Source: Armatimonadota bacterium
Lineage (GTDB): Bacteria; Sysuimicrobiota; Sysuimicrobiia; Sysuimicrobiales; Kaftiobacteriaceae
DNA: 16,762 nt
NCBI GenBank assembly: GCA_037440005.1
Contig: JBBIUY010000047.1
Location: 1 to 16,762, forward strand
Direction of reading: 5' to 3'
The notes under the pieces are model-generated. The model saw nothing but the letters and a program-made list of their open reading frames with translations, ran no database searches and had not been told where the DNA came from. Positions 1 through 13,311 of the stretch are shown in pieces. Position 1 is the stretch's first letter; each line of letters starts with the position of its first letter. The position numbers and the translations under genes were made by a program.

Positions 1-43
1 CGTTCACGTGCGGCTTCGTCCGCTCAAACTTCGGCTTGCTCAT
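1..43 (-). CDS. tuf: Elongation factor Tu, N-terminal 14 codons (runs off the window edge)
   Basis: Reverse complement reads ATG AGC AAG CCG AAG TTT GAG CGG ACG AAG CCG CAC GTG AAC = MSKPKFERTKPHVN, the EF-Tu N-terminus. GGGAGG SD lies about 7 nt upstream, and the gene directly follows fusA. Confidence 0.96.
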   Translation of the reverse strand, partial: MSKPKFERTKPHVN

Positions 44-84
44 CCCTGGCCTCCCGCCGTCGATCTCGTCTTGCGGTCACCCGC

Positions 85-2166
85 TCAGGCCCGCGCGCCC
101 ACCCGCACCCGGCCCCGCACCTCCTCGGCGATGGACGGGGGCACCTCCTCGTAGTGAGACGGCTCCATGGTGTAGGTGGCGCGACCCTGGCTCAGGGACC
201 GCAGGGCGGTGGCGTATCCGAACATCTCCGCCAGCGGGACCAGCGCCCGCACCACCCGCAGGACTCCCTGCTGCTCGATGCCTTCGATGCGCCCCCGGCG
301 GGCGTTGAGGTCGCCGATGATGTCCCCCATGTACGCCTCGGGGGTGAGCACCTCCACCTTCATCACCGGCTCCAGCAGCACCGGGCGCGCCCGGGCCATG
401 GCGTCCTTGAAGGCCAGGGACCCGGCGATCTTGAAGGCCAGCTCCGAGCTGTCCACCTCGTGGTGGGATCCGTCCACCAGGCGCACGCGCACGTCCACCA
501 CCGGGTAGCCGGCCAGCACGCCCGTCTCGGCCGCTTCGCGCACGCCGGCCTCCACCGCCGGGATGAACTCCCGGGGGATGACCCCGCCGGTGATCTCGTC
601 CACAAACTCGATCCCCGACCCGCGGGGCAGCGGCTCCAGGACCACGATCACGTGGCCGTACTGGCCGCGGCCGCCGGTCTGGCGGATGTAGCGGCCTTCG
701 GCCCGGGCCGGCTGCCGGATGGTCTCCTTGTAGGCGACCTGGGGGCGCCCCACGTTGGCCTGCACGCCGAACTCGCGCTGCATGCGGTCCACGATGATCT
801 CCAGGTGCAGTTCGCCCATCCCGGCGATCAGCGTCTGGCCGGTCTCGGCGTCGAACCGCACCCGGAAGGTGGGGTCCTCCTCGGCCAGCTTGGCCAGGGC
901 CATGCCGAGCTTCTCCTCGTCGGCGCGGGTCTTGGGCTCCACCGCGACGGCGATGACGGGCTCGGGGAACTGCATCGCCTCCAGGACGATGGGGTGGTTC
1001 TCGTCGCACAGGGTGTCGCCGGTGGTGGTCTCCCGCAGGCCCACCGCCGCCACCACGTTACCGGCCACCGCCTCCGGGATGTCCTCCCGGTGGTTGGCGT
1101 GCATCTGGAGGATGCGGCTGACCCGCTCCTTCTTGCCCCGGGTGGCGTTGAAGACGTACGATCCCGCCTTCAGGGTGCCCGAGTACACCCGGAAGTAGGT
1201 GAGCTTGCCCACGTAGGGGTCGGTGACGATCTTGAAGGCCAGGGCGCAGAAGGGCTCGGCGGGGTCCGGGCGGCGGCGGACCACCTCCCGGGTCACCGGA
1301 TGCCAGCCCTCCACCGCCTGCATGTCCAGGGGGGAGGGCAGGTAGTCCACCACGGCGTCCAGCAGAGGCTGCACGCCCTTGTTGCGGAAGGACGACCCGG
1401 CCAGGACCGGCACCAGCCGGTAGGAGAGGGTGCCGAGGCGCAGCCCCCGGCGGATGTCCTCCTCGGAGAGGGTGTGCCCCTCCAGGTACCGGGCGGTCAG
1501 CTCGTCGTCCATCTCGGCCACGGCCTCGACCAGCCGCTCCCGCCACTCCTCGGCCATCTCCCGCAGGTCGGCGGGGATGTCGGTCTCGTCGGAGCGGGTG
1601 CCCAGGTCGTCCAGGTAGAGGATGGACTTCATGCGGATCAGGTCCACCACGCCCTGGAAGCCGTCCTCGACGCCCACGGGCAGCTGCACCGGCACCGCCC
1701 GGGCGCCCAGGCGCTCCCGCACCATGCGCACCGTCCGCAGGAAGTCGGCGCCGGTGCGGTCCATCTTGTTCACGTAGACGATGCGCGGCACCCGGTACCG
1801 GTCCGCCTGCCGCCACACGGTCTCCGACTGGGGCTGGACCCCCTCCACGGCGCTGAGGATCACCACGGCGCCGTCCAGGACCCGCAGGGAGCGTTCCACC
1901 TCCACGGTGAAGTCCACGTGGCCGGGGGTGTCGATGATGTTGATGCGGTGGCCGCGCCACAGACAGGTGGTGGCGGCGGAGGTGATGGTGATCCCCCGCT
2001 CGCGCTCCTGGACCATCCAGTCCATGGTGGCCGAGCCCTCGTCCACCTCGCCGATGCGGTGCACCCGTCCCGTGTAAAAGAGGATGCGCTCGGTGGTCGT
2101 CGTCTTGCCCGCATCGATGTGGGCGACGATGCCGATGTTCCGAATTTTCTCCAGCGGTACGTCCAT
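85..2166 (-). CDS. fusA: Elongation factor G
   Basis: Motifs [47 protein letters not shown] and [11 protein letters not shown]. Two tandem ATGs (2169, 2166); the GAGGTG SD spacing favours 2166. Confidence 0.98.
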   Translation of the reverse strand: MDVPLEKIRNIGIVAHIDAGKTTTTERILFYTGRVHRIGEVDEGSATMDWMVQERERGITITSAATTCLWRGHRINIIDTPGHVDFTVEVERSLRVLDGAVVILSAVEGVQPQSETVWRQADRYRVPRIVYVNKMDRTGADFLRTVRMVRERLGARAVPVQLPVGVEDGFQGVVDLIRMKSILYLDDLGTRSDETDIPADLREMAEEWRERLVEAVAEMDDELTARYLEGHTLSEEDIRRGLRLGTLSYRLVPVLAGSSFRNKGVQPLLDAVVDYLPSPLDMQAVEGWHPVTREVVRRRPDPAEPFCALAFKIVTDPYVGKLTYFRVYSGTLKAGSYVFNATRGKKERVSRILQMHANHREDIPEAVAGNVVAAVGLRETTTGDTLCDENHPIVLEAMQFPEPVIAVAVEPKTRADEEKLGMALAKLAEEDPTFRVRFDAETGQTLIAGMGELHLEIIVDRMQREFGVQANVGRPQVAYKETIRQPARAEGRYIRQTGGRGQYGHVIVVLEPLPRGSGIEFVDEITGGVIPREFIPAVEAGVREAAETGVLAGYPVVDVRVRLVDGSHHEVDSSELAFKIAGSLAFKDAMARARPVLLEPVMKVEVLTPEAYMGDIIGDLNARRGRIEGIEQQGVLRVVRALVPLAEMFGYATALRSLSQGRATYTMEPSHYEEVPPSIAEEVRGRVRVGARA

Positions 2167-2240
2167 CATGGCACCTCACGGCGGTCCCGCGCCGGCCGGA
2201 CTCCCCGCCCGGCCCGCACCCCGGTCCCGCCTCGCCCGCC

Positions 2241-2714
2241 CTACCAGCGGTAGTGGGCGAACGCCTTGTTGGCCTCCGCCATCCGGTGGGTGTCCTCCCG
2301 TTTCTTCACGGCCCCGCCCTGACCGGCGGCCGCGTCCAGGATTTCCGCCACCAGTTTGTCCACCATGGTCCGCTTGTCTTTGCGCGCCCGGGCGTACTCC
2401 ACCAGCCAGCGCAGCCCCAGGGACAGCCGGCGCTCCGGCCGCACCTCGATGGGCACCTGGTAGGTGGCCCCTCCGACCCGCCGGGGGCGCACCTCCAGGA
2501 CCGGCATCACGTTGTGCAGGGCCCGGTCCAGCACCTTGACCGGGTCCTGGCCGGCCTTCTCCCGGATCTGGTCGAAGGCGGTGTACACGATCCGCTCGGC
2601 CAGGCTCTTCTTACCCCGCATCATCACCTTGTTGATCAGCTTGTGCACCACCACGCTGTTGTAGACCGGGTCAGGCCCGATCTCGCGCCGTGGCGCCGGT
2701 CCCTTCCTGGGCAT
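2241..2714 (-). CDS. rpsG: 30S ribosomal protein S7
   Basis: 157 aa; MPRKG...[14 protein letters not shown]...[15 protein letters not shown]; lies between rpsL and fusA. Confidence 0.98.
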   Translation of the reverse strand: MPRKGPAPRREIGPDPVYNSVVVHKLINKVMMRGKKSLAERIVYTAFDQIREKAGQDPVKVLDRALHNVMPVLEVRPRRVGGATYQVPIEVRPERRLSLGLRWLVEYARARKDKRTMVDKLVAEILDAAAGQGGAVKKREDTHRMAEANKAFAHYRW

Positions 2715-2729
2715 CCCCGTCCCCCCGCC

Positions 2730-3104
2730 CTACTGCTTGGGCCGCTTGGCCCCGTACTTGCTGCGGCCCTGGCGGCGGTTCTCCACCCCGGCCGAGTCCA
2801 GGGCGCCCCGGATGATGTGGTAGCGGATCCCGGGCAGGTCCGGCACCCGCCCGCCGCGGATGAGCACCACCGAGTGCTCCTGCAGGTTGTGGCCGATCCC
2901 GGGGATGTAGGCGGTCACCTCCATCCCGTTGGTCAGCCGCACCCGGGCGATCTTCCGCAGCGCCGAGTTGGGCTTCTTGGGCGTCATGGTGCGGACCTGG
3001 ATGCACACCCCCCGCTTCTGGGGGTTGCCCTCCAGGGCCGGCGACTTGGTCTTGGCCCTCACCCGGTGTCGCCCGTGCCGCACAAGTTGACTGATGGTGG
3101 GCAT
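2730..3104 (-). CDS. rpsL: 30S ribosomal protein S12 (124 aa)
   Basis: MPTISQLVR...[11 protein letters not shown]...GHNLQEHS...[10 protein letters not shown]. The true start is the ATG at 3104 after a purine-rich SD (GAGGAGGTGGGGAGAGGAT), not the ORF-track start at 3311. Confidence 0.98.
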   Translation of the reverse strand: MPTISQLVRHGRHRVRAKTKSPALEGNPQKRGVCIQVRTMTPKKPNSALRKIARVRLTNGMEVTAYIPGIGHNLQEHSVVLIRGGRVPDLPGIRYHIIRGALDSAGVENRRQGRSKYGAKRPKQ

Positions 3105-3361
3105 ATCCTCTCCCCACCTCCTCGTCGGTTCCGCCGGGCCGCGGGCGCAGACGGGTCCGCCGGCCGGCTGTGCCGGCCCCCGCGCGCCCGTCGCCCGGGC
3201 CCGCTTCAGTTGACCGTCGCGCCTGTGCGGGCGCGGCGGATACGCTGGAGACGCTGCGCCATACGCGGCACCGGAGGCCGGTGCCCTGCGGCGCACGCCG
3301 GAGCCCGCCACACACCGGCGGCTCCGCTCGCGTCCGGCCGGGGGTCACCCGGCGCGGCCGC

Positions 3362-3631
3362 CTAGGGGGACGACAGGATGGCGGCGGCCGACGCGCCCAC
3401 CGCGATGCCGCAGGCGCGCCCGAGCTCCCGCATCGAGGCCACCTCGACGATCTCCAGGCCCCGATCCCGGGCCGCCGCCAGGACCCCGTCCACCACCCGC
3501 CGATCGGCGTCCCGGGCGACGAACACCACCTGCGCCCGGCCCTTGCCGATCGCCTTCGCCGTCTGGCTGGCCCCCACGGCCTTGAACTCCGCAGCCCGCA
3601 GGCGCTCCAGCGCCTCGGTCCCCTGCGTCAT
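3362..3631 (-). CDS. L7Ae/L30e-family RNA-binding protein (YbxF/RplGB-like), 89 aa
   Basis: MTQGTEALERL...VGASQTAKAIGKGRAQVVFVARDAD...SMRELGRACGIAVGASAAAI matches the YbxF-type pattern (G..qT.KA....A..V.iA.DAd...SMkeLGkACGI.VgAa). It sits between rpoC and rpsL as in Bacillus, and is the C-terminal tail of the spurious 3362..9247 ORF. Confidence 0.93.
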   Translation of the reverse strand: MTQGTEALERLRAAEFKAVGASQTAKAIGKGRAQVVFVARDADRRVVDGVLAAARDRGLEIVEVASMRELGRACGIAVGASAAAILSSP

Positions 3632-3691
3632 CGTTCCGCCACTCCACGCGTTCGCCGGGCCCCGTCCGGGACCCGGCGCAGGCACTCGGTG

Positions 3692-3720
3692 ATTGTAGCA
3701 TCGGGCCGACGCGGTGTCTA
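3692..3720 (-). promoter_or_regulatory. Sigma70/SigA-type promoter for L7Ae-rpsL-rpsG-fusA-tuf
   Basis: Minus strand TAGACA (3720-3715) - 17 nt - TACAAT (3697-3692), with an extended -10 TG (TGC TACAAT). Confidence 0.75.
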
Positions 3721-3804
3721 GAGGCGGCGGGGCCCACAGACGCCGGCGGGCCGGAGGACCCTCCGGCCCGCCCCACGGCCACCCCGGGCGCCGCCGGGGA
3801 GGAG

Positions 3805-7242
<3,438 letters not shown>

Positions 7243-7272
7243 GGCCGGTCTCCTCCCGGTGACGTCCGCGCC

Positions 7273-10200
7273 CTAGTAGTCCTCCACCAGCGCCTCTTCG
7301 CCTTCCAGGTTGATCCCCAGCGCCCGGGCGGTCTCGGCGATGTCCTCCTCGATCTCCTTGAGCTCGATCTCCCGCTTGTCCTCGCTGAGAACCTTCACGT
7401 CCAGGCACAGGGACTGCAGTTCCTTCACCAGCACCTTGAAGGACTCGGGGACGCCGGGCTCCTGGATGTTCTCCCCCTTGACGATGGCCTCGTAGGTCTT
7501 CACCCGGCCCACCACGTCGTCGGACTTGACCGTGAGCAGCTCCTGCAGGGTACTGGCCGCCCCGTAAGCCTCCAGGGCCCACACCTCCATCTCCCCGAAG
7601 CGCTGTCCGCCGAACTGGGCCTTGCCGCCCAGGGGCTGCTGGGTGATGAGGCTGTAGGGGCCCGTGGACCGGGCGTGGATCTTGTCCTCCACCAGGTGCA
7701 GCAGCTTCATCATGTAGATCCAGCCCACGGTCACCTTCTGGTCGAAGGGCTCGCCGGTGCGCCCGTCCCGCAGCTGGATCTTGCCGTCCTCGGGCAGCCC
7801 CGCCTCCCGCAGCAGGCGCTTGATCTCCGCCTCCTTGGGGCCGTCGAAGACCGGGCACTCGGCCCAGATGTTCAGCCGCTCGGCCGCCCACCCCAGGTGG
7901 GTCTCCAGCACCTGCCCCACGTTCATGCGGCTGGGCACGCCCAGGGGGTTGAGGATGATGTCCACCGGGGTGCCGTCGGGCAGCATGGGCATGTCCTCCT
8001 CGGGCAGGATCACCGAGATGACGCCCTTGTTGCCATGGCGGCCGGCCATCTTGTCGCCCACGGTGATCTTGCGCTTCTGGGCCACGTACACCCGCACCAG
8101 GGTGTTGACGCCGGGCGGCAGCTCGTCGCCCTGCTCCCGGCTGAACACCTTCACCGCCACCACCTTGCCCTTCTCGCCGTGGGGCACCTTCAGGGAGGTG
8201 TCCCGCACCTCCCGGGCCTTCTCGCCGAAGATGGCCCGCAGCAGGCGCTCCTCGGCGGTGAGCTCGGTCTCCCCCTTGGGGGTCACCTTGCCCACCAGGA
8301 TGTCCCCGGCCCGCACCTCGGCCCCGATGCGCACGATGCCCCGCTCGTCCAGGTCCCGCAGGGCCTCCTCGCCCACGTTGGGGATGTCCCGGGTGATCTC
8401 CTCGGGCCCCAGCTTGGTGTCCCGGGCCTCCACCTCGTACTCCTCGATGTGGATGGAGGTGAACAGGTCCTCGCGCACCAGCCGCTCGGAGATGACGATG
8501 GCGTCCTCGTAGTTGTACCCTTCCCAGGGCATGAAGGCCACCAGCACGTTCCGACCCAGGGCCAGCTCGCCCTGATCGGTGCACGGCCCGTCGGCGATCA
8601 CGTCGCCCGCCCGGACCGTGTCGCCGGTGCGCACGATGGGCACCTGGTTGATGCAGGTGCCCTGGTTGCTGCGCTGGAACTTGATCAGGCGGTACACGTC
8701 CCGGCCCCGGTCGGTGCGGACCACGATCTCGTCGCCGCTCACCGACTCCACCACCCCGTCCCGCCGGGCCACCACCACCGCCCCCGAGTCTACCGCGGCC
8801 CGGTACTCCATCCCCGTACCCACCAGGGGCGCCTCGCTGCGGAGCAGGGGCACCGCCTGCCGCTGCATGTTGGATCCCATGAGAGCGCGGTTGGCGTCGT
8901 CGTGCTCCAGGAAGGGGATCAGGGCCGTGGCCACCGATACCGTCTGCTTGGGGGACACGTCCATGAAGTCCACCTGCTCGGGCGGCACCAGGACGATGTC
9001 GTGACCGTGCCGGGCCGACACCCGGGGCTCGCTGAGGCGGCCCCGCTCGTCCACCCGGGCGTTGGCCTGGGCGATGACGTACTGGTCCTCCTCGTCGGCG
9101 GTCAGGTAGCGGATCCGACGGGTGACCACGGCGTCCCGCACCTCCCGGTAGGGGGTCTCGATGAATCCCAGGTCGTTCACCCGGGCGTAGGTGGCCAGGG
9201 ACGAGATGAGGCCGATGTTGGGCCCCTCGGGGGTCTCGATGGGGCACATGCGCCCGTAGTGGCTGGGGTGCACGTCCCGCACCTCAAAGCCCGCCCGCTC
9301 CCGGCTCAGCCCGCCGGGCCCCAGGGCCGACAGGCGGCGCTTGTGGGTGAGCTCCGCCAGGGGGTTGGTCTGGTCCATGAACTGGGACAGCTGGCTGCTG
9401 CCGAAGAACTCCTTGATGGCGGCCACCACGGGGCGGATGTTGATCAGCACCTGGGGCGTGATCTGCCCGGTTTCCTGGATGGTCATCCGCTCCCGGATGA
9501 CCCGCTCCATGCGGAGCATGCCGATCCGGAACTGGTTCTGCAGCAGCTCGCCCACCGACCGCACCCGGCGGTTGCCCAGGTGGTCGATGTCGTCCACCTG
9601 CGCCCCCTCCTCGCCCCGGTGCAGCCGCAGCAGGTAGCGCACCACCTCCACGATGTCGTCCCGCACCGCCGCCGGGTGGCGCACGCCGTCGCCGGCGGCC
9701 ACGTACAGCACCTCCCGGGTCGGCGGCGCGATGCCCAGGACCACCCGGGTCCCGGGGTCCAGTTTCCTGATGTCCACCGGCGCGCCGTCCACCCGCACCG
9801 CCACCCGCCCCAGCTGGCCCGTAAACTCCCGGCCGTCCTTGAGGGTGAGGGTGAACTCCTTGCGCTCGCCCCGGCGGACGGTGACGTCGGCCAGCTCGCC
9901 CCCGGTGGTCTGCACCAGGGTGCGGAAGGCCAGCGGCGCCTCCAGGCCCAGCTTGCGGTTGAGCTTGTGCCGGCCCACCTTGCCCAGGTCGTACCGGCGG
10001 GGGTCGAAGAACAACGTCTGCAACAGCTGCCGGGCGCTCTCCACGGTGGGCGGGTCGCCCGGCCGCAGCCGGCGGTAGATCTCGATGAGGGCGTCCTCCA
10101 CCGCCCGCGGCCCCTTGCGCTCCTCCACCGGGTCCCGGGCCAGGGTGGCCTCGATGGCGGGGTCGCCGTCGTACAGCCGCAGGATCTTCTCGTCGCTGTC

Positions 10201-10938
10201 GTAGCCGATGGCCCGCAGCAGCACCGTCACCGGGATCTTGCGGGTGCGGTCGATGCGGGTGCTGATCACCTTGCTGGCGTCCATCTCCAGCTCCAGCCAG
10301 GCGCCCCGGTGGGGAATGACGGTGGCCGTGGGCATGGGGCGGCCGGAACTGTCCTGTACGTAGCTGTAGTACACGCCGGGGGAGCGGACCAGCTGGCTGA
10401 CCACCACCCGCTCGGCGCCGTTGATGATGAAGGTGCCCCGGCGGGTCATGAGCGGGAGGTCGCCCATGAAGACCTCCTGCTCCTTGATCTCCCCGGTCTC
10501 CTTGATGACCAGCCGCACCCGGACTTTCAGGGCGGCGCTGTAGTTGTAGTCCCGGTCCCGGCACTCCTCCTCGCTGTACTTCAGCCGCTCGAGCCGGTAG
10601 CCGCCGAAGTCCAGGACCGCGTCGTCGTCGAAGACGCTGCCCGGCTCGGGGCGGCGGCGGCCGGTCTCCACGGCGAAGTGCAGCTCCAGGTTGCCGGTGA
10701 AGTCGGTGATGGGGGAGACCTCTTCGAAGACCTCCCGGATCCCCTCCCGCAGAAACCACTCGTAGGACCGGCGCTGGACTTCGATGAGGTCGGGGACGTC
10801 CAGGACCTCCGGGATCTTGGCGAAGCTCACCCGGGTGCGGCGACCCCGGGTCACCACCTGACCGGCCACCGCCAGGGCGGCGCGGGCAGGCGTGGGCGTG
10901 GCGGCACGGACCGGCAGCCGGCGGGCACGGGTCTTCAC
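7273..10938 (-). CDS. rpoB: DNA-directed RNA polymerase beta subunit (about 1221 aa; GTG start less certain)
   Basis: Motifs [16 protein letters not shown], Rif cluster [43 protein letters not shown] and [25 protein letters not shown] lies 11 nt before the GTG at 10938. Confidence 0.99.
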   Translation of the reverse strand: MKTRARRLPVRAATPTPARAALAVAGQVVTRGRRTRVSFAKIPEVLDVPDLIEVQRRSYEWFLREGIREVFEEVSPITDFTGNLELHFAVETGRRRPEPGSVFDDDAVLDFGGYRLERLKYSEEECRDRDYNYSAALKVRVRLVIKETGEIKEQEVFMGDLPLMTRRGTFIINGAERVVVSQLVRSPGVYYSYVQDSSGRPMPTATVIPHRGAWLELEMDASKVISTRIDRTRKIPVTVLLRAIGYDSDEKILRLYDGDPAIEATLARDPVEERKGPRAVEDALIEIYRRLRPGDPPTVESARQLLQTLFFDPRRYDLGKVGRHKLNRKLGLEAPLAFRTLVQTTGGELADVTVRRGERKEFTLTLKDGREFTGQLGRVAVRVDGAPVDIRKLDPGTRVVLGIAPPTREVLYVAAGDGVRHPAAVRDDIVEVVRYLLRLHRGEEGAQVDDIDHLGNRRVRSVGELLQNQFRIGMLRMERVIRERMTIQETGQITPQVLINIRPVVAAIKEFFGSSQLSQFMDQTNPLAELTHKRRLSALGPGGLSRERAGFEVRDVHPSHYGRMCPIETPEGPNIGLISSLATYARVNDLGFIETPYREVRDAVVTRRIRYLTADEEDQYVIAQANARVDERGRLSEPRVSARHGHDIVLVPPEQVDFMDVSPKQTVSVATALIPFLEHDDANRALMGSNMQRQAVPLLRSEAPLVGTGMEYRAAVDSGAVVVARRDGVVESVSGDEIVVRTDRGRDVYRLIKFQRSNQGTCINQVPIVRTGDTVRAGDVIADGPCTDQGELALGRNVLVAFMPWEGYNYEDAIVISERLVREDLFTSIHIEEYEVEARDTKLGPEEITRDIPNVGEEALRDLDERGIVRIGAEVRAGDILVGKVTPKGETELTAEERLLRAIFGEKAREVRDTSLKVPHGEKGKVVAVKVFSREQGDELPPGVNTLVRVYVAQKRKITVGDKMAGRHGNKGVISVILPEEDMPMLPDGTPVDIILNPLGVPSRMNVGQVLETHLGWAAERLNIWAECPVFDGPKEAEIKRLLREAGLPEDGKIQLRDGRTGEPFDQKVTVGWIYMMKLLHLVEDKIHARSTGPYSLITQQPLGGKAQFGGQRFGEMEVWALEAYGAASTLQELLTVKSDDVVGRVKTYEAIVKGENIQEPGVPESFKVLVKELQSLCLDVKVLSEDKREIELKEIEEDIAETARALGINLEGEEALVEDY

Positions 10939-11080
10939 GGGGATGCGGTCACCTCCAGCACAGGGTCAGCGCGTCGGGAGCGCGCGGGCCGGGGACGCAC
11001 GCCACGACCCCCGGTGGGGCGTCCCCGCCCCGTCCCGGCCGGGTCTGGGCATGGAGTTGTCCTCAGGGATGATGGCGCTC

Positions 11081-11120
11081 AATGAAACAGCGAAAGCAAG
11101 GCCGGCGCGCCTCGCTTTCG
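11081..11120 (-). terminator. Terminator/attenuator-like hairpin in the rpoB leader
   Basis: Minus strand CGAAAGCGAGGC-GCGCCG-GCCTTGCTTTCG (12-bp stem with one G-U) followed by a weak U-rich tail CTGTTTCATT. Confidence 0.5.
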
Positions 11121-11180
11121 GGTGTCGGCGTCCTCGTCGGGTCCCGGCGTCCGCGTCCCGGTCGCAAAACCGTAACCCCT

Positions 11181-11209
11181 ATAGTACCGGGGTCCCCGCA
11201 CACCGTCAA
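11181..11209 (-). promoter_or_regulatory. Sigma70-type promoter for rpoBC
   Basis: Minus strand TTGACG (11209-11204) - 17 nt - TACTAT (11186-11181) in the rplL-rpoB intergenic region. Confidence 0.78.
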
Positions 11210-11249
11210 TACCCGGCACGGCCCGGGACCAGACCCGCCGGGGGAACGG

Positions 11250-11669
11250 CTACTTGATCTCGACGGTCGCCCCCTCGGCCTCCAGCTTGGCCTTGATCTG
11301 CTCGGCCTCGGCCTTGCTGATCTTCTCCTTGATGGGCTTGGGGGCGCCGTCCACCAGGTCCTTGGCCTCCTTCAGCCCCAGGCCCGTGAGCTCGCGGACC
11401 ACCTTGATGACCTGGATCTTCTTCTCCCCCACGCTCTTGAGGATGACGTCGAACTCGGTCTGCTCCTCGACCGCCGCCGGAGCTCCCGCGGCCGCGCCGG
11501 CTGCCGGGACCGCCGCCACCGCCACCGGGGCGGCCGCGGTGATCCCGAACTTCTGCTCCAGCGCCTTCACCAGGTCCGCCAGCTCCAGGACCGTGAGGTT
11601 GCCGATGGCCTCCACGATCTCCTCGGTGCTCCACTTTGCGCCTGCGGCTTTCGCCCTGACCTCCGCCAT
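11250..11669 (-). CDS. rplL: 50S ribosomal protein L7/L12
   Basis: [24 protein letters not shown], an Ala-rich hinge, then [10 protein letters not shown]...[32 protein letters not shown] upstream. Confidence 0.98.
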   Translation of the reverse strand: MAEVRAKAAGAKWSTEEIVEAIGNLTVLELADLVKALEQKFGITAAAPVAVAAVPAAGAAAGAPAAVEEQTEFDVILKSVGEKKIQVIKVVRELTGLGLKEAKDLVDGAPKPIKEKISKAEAEQIKAKLEAEGATVEIK

Positions 11670-11736
11670 CGTCGTTCCGCCTCCTTTGTGCCCTCCGGCT
11701 GGGCCGGAGGTTTCCGTGCCCTCGCCCTGGCCGGGC

Positions 11737-12303
11737 TCAGGCCGCCTGCTCCCGGGCCCGCCGGATCTGCTCCACAGCCGACAGCAGGGCGCGCGGCAGT
11801 CCCGCCAGCGCCCCGACCAGACCCGCCAGGGGAGACCGCAGCGACCCCGCCGCCGCGGCCAGCAGCTGCGGCCGGGGCGGCAGGTCGGCCAGGCGCCGGA
11901 TGCCCTCGGCGGTCAGGACGCGCCCCTCCACCCAGCCGCCTTTGATCTCCAGCTTGCGCATCTGGCGGACGAACTCCACCAGCACCCGGGCCGGAGCCAC
12001 CGGGTCGGCGGCGGCGAAGACCACCGCCGTGGGCCCCTGCAGGAACGGCGCCAGCTCCTCCCGGCCAAGGCTGTCCGCCGCCCGCTGGAACAGGGTGTTC
12101 TTGACCACCTTCAGGTCCGCCCCGACCTCCCGCAGCCGGGCGCGCAGCTGGGACAGCTCCCCCACGTTCAGGCCCCGGTAGTCGGTGAGGATGGCCGCGG
12201 CGGCGTCCAGGAGCCGCGACCGAAACGCCTCCACCTGGTGGACCTTCTCCGGCCGCACCACGTGGGTGGCTGCCCGGTGTTCGGACGTCTTGGTGGGCGC
12301 CAT
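11737..12303 (-). CDS. rplJ: 50S ribosomal protein L10
   Basis: [30 protein letters not shown] and LEIKGG motifs; preceded by an L10 leader and followed by rplL. Confidence 0.97.
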   Translation of the reverse strand: MAPTKTSEHRAATHVVRPEKVHQVEAFRSRLLDAAAAILTDYRGLNVGELSQLRARLREVGADLKVVKNTLFQRAADSLGREELAPFLQGPTAVVFAAADPVAPARVLVEFVRQMRKLEIKGGWVEGRVLTAEGIRRLADLPPRPQLLAAAAGSLRSPLAGLVGALAGLPRALLSAVEQIRRAREQAA

Positions 12304-12397
12304 CGGTCACCCCGCCTCAGACACAGCGCTGGCCGCCGCGGACACCCCGGCGATTCCGGCAGGCGAGGACCCGCGACGGCCGTGGGAACGGTCGTCG

Positions 12398-12467
12398 GAC
12401 GCCTCGGCAGGCGACCCGCCCGGGTCTTTCGGCCCCCCTCCGGGGCACCTGCTGTCTGCGGCCCGTC
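12398..12467 (-). promoter_or_regulatory. L10 leader (rplJ autoregulatory cis-RNA, core)
   Basis: Minus strand GCCGCAGACAGCAGGTG...GAAA...CCTGCCGAGGCG matches the characteristic L10-leader core (AGAC.GYAGG...CCTRC.GAGG). It lies in the rplA-rplJ spacer. Confidence 0.85.
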
Positions 12468-12493
12468 TTCAGTTGACCCGCGCAACGCCGGTC

Positions 12494-12523
12494 AGTGTAC
12501 CACACCCCGCCGCCGGCGCGCAA
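12494..12523 (-). promoter_or_regulatory. Putative rplJL promoter (extended -10)
   Basis: Minus strand TTGCGC - 18 nt - TACACT with TGTGG directly before the -10; located just upstream of the L10 leader. Confidence 0.6.
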
Positions 12524-12557
12524 CCGGATGGGGGCCTGAAAGCGTCGGGCCCGGCCC

Positions 12558-13274
12558 TCAGGCCGTGGCCGCCCGCAGCAGCGCCTCGGCCTTGAGGGGG
12601 TCCACCCGGACCCCCGGCCCCATGGTGGTGGCGAGGGTGATGGACCGCAGGTACTGGCCTTTGGCCGCCGCCGGGCGGGCGCGGACCACCGCGTCCAGCA
12701 GGGCGGTGAAGTTGGCCAGCAGCTGGTCCTCGGTGAACGACACCTTGCCGATCCCGGCGTGGATGATCCCCGCCTTCTCGGTCCGGTACTCGATCTTGCC
12801 CGCCTTGATCTCCCGGACGGCGCGGGCGATGTCGAAGGTGACGGTCCCCGCCTTGGGGTTGGGCATCAGGCCCCGGGGGCCGAGGATGCGCCCCAGCCGC
12901 CCCACCAGCCCCATCATGTCCGGGGTGGCTACGGCCACGTCGAACTCCAGCCATCCCCCCTGGATCTTCTCGATCAGGTCCTCGGCGCCCACGTAGTCGG
13001 CGCCGGCGGCCTCGGCCTCCCGCGCCTTTTCGCCCTTGGCGAAGACCAGGACCCGGACCTGCTTGCCGGTCCCCGCCGGCAGGGCCACCGTCCCCCGGAC
13101 CTGCTGGTCCGCCTGCTTGGGGTCGATGCCCAGCCGGATGGCGCACTCCACGGTCTCGTCGAACCGGGCGGAGGCCATCTGCTTGAGCAGCCGGACGGCC
13201 TCCTGGGGGCTGTACAGGGTCTTGCGGTCCACCAGGGCGGCGTTGCGCAGGTAGCGTTTCCCGTGCCTGGGCAT
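12558..13274 (-). CDS. rplA: 50S ribosomal protein L1
   Basis: MPRHGKRY...FDETVE...[14 protein letters not shown]...[16 protein letters not shown]...TTMGPG. ATG 13274 is preferred; GTG 13283 is the alternative. Confidence 0.98.
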   Translation of the reverse strand: MPRHGKRYLRNAALVDRKTLYSPQEAVRLLKQMASARFDETVECAIRLGIDPKQADQQVRGTVALPAGTGKQVRVLVFAKGEKAREAEAAGADYVGAEDLIEKIQGGWLEFDVAVATPDMMGLVGRLGRILGPRGLMPNPKAGTVTFDIARAVREIKAGKIEYRTEKAGIIHAGIGKVSFTEDQLLANFTALLDAVVRARPAAAKGQYLRSITLATTMGPGVRVDPLKAEALLRAATA

Positions 13275-13311
13275 GGCGGTCACCTGACCTCCCTCATCAC
13301 CCTCGCGCCGG

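Noticed and set aside
3105..3311. 69-aa N-terminal extension of S12 in the ORF track
   Set aside because: The canonical MPT start at 3104 has a strong SD; the upstream region is a non-coding leader that is open by chance.
9290..9410. Rifampicin-resistance substitutions in RpoB cluster I
   Set aside because: The key Q, D, H, R, S and L positions match the sensitive consensus.
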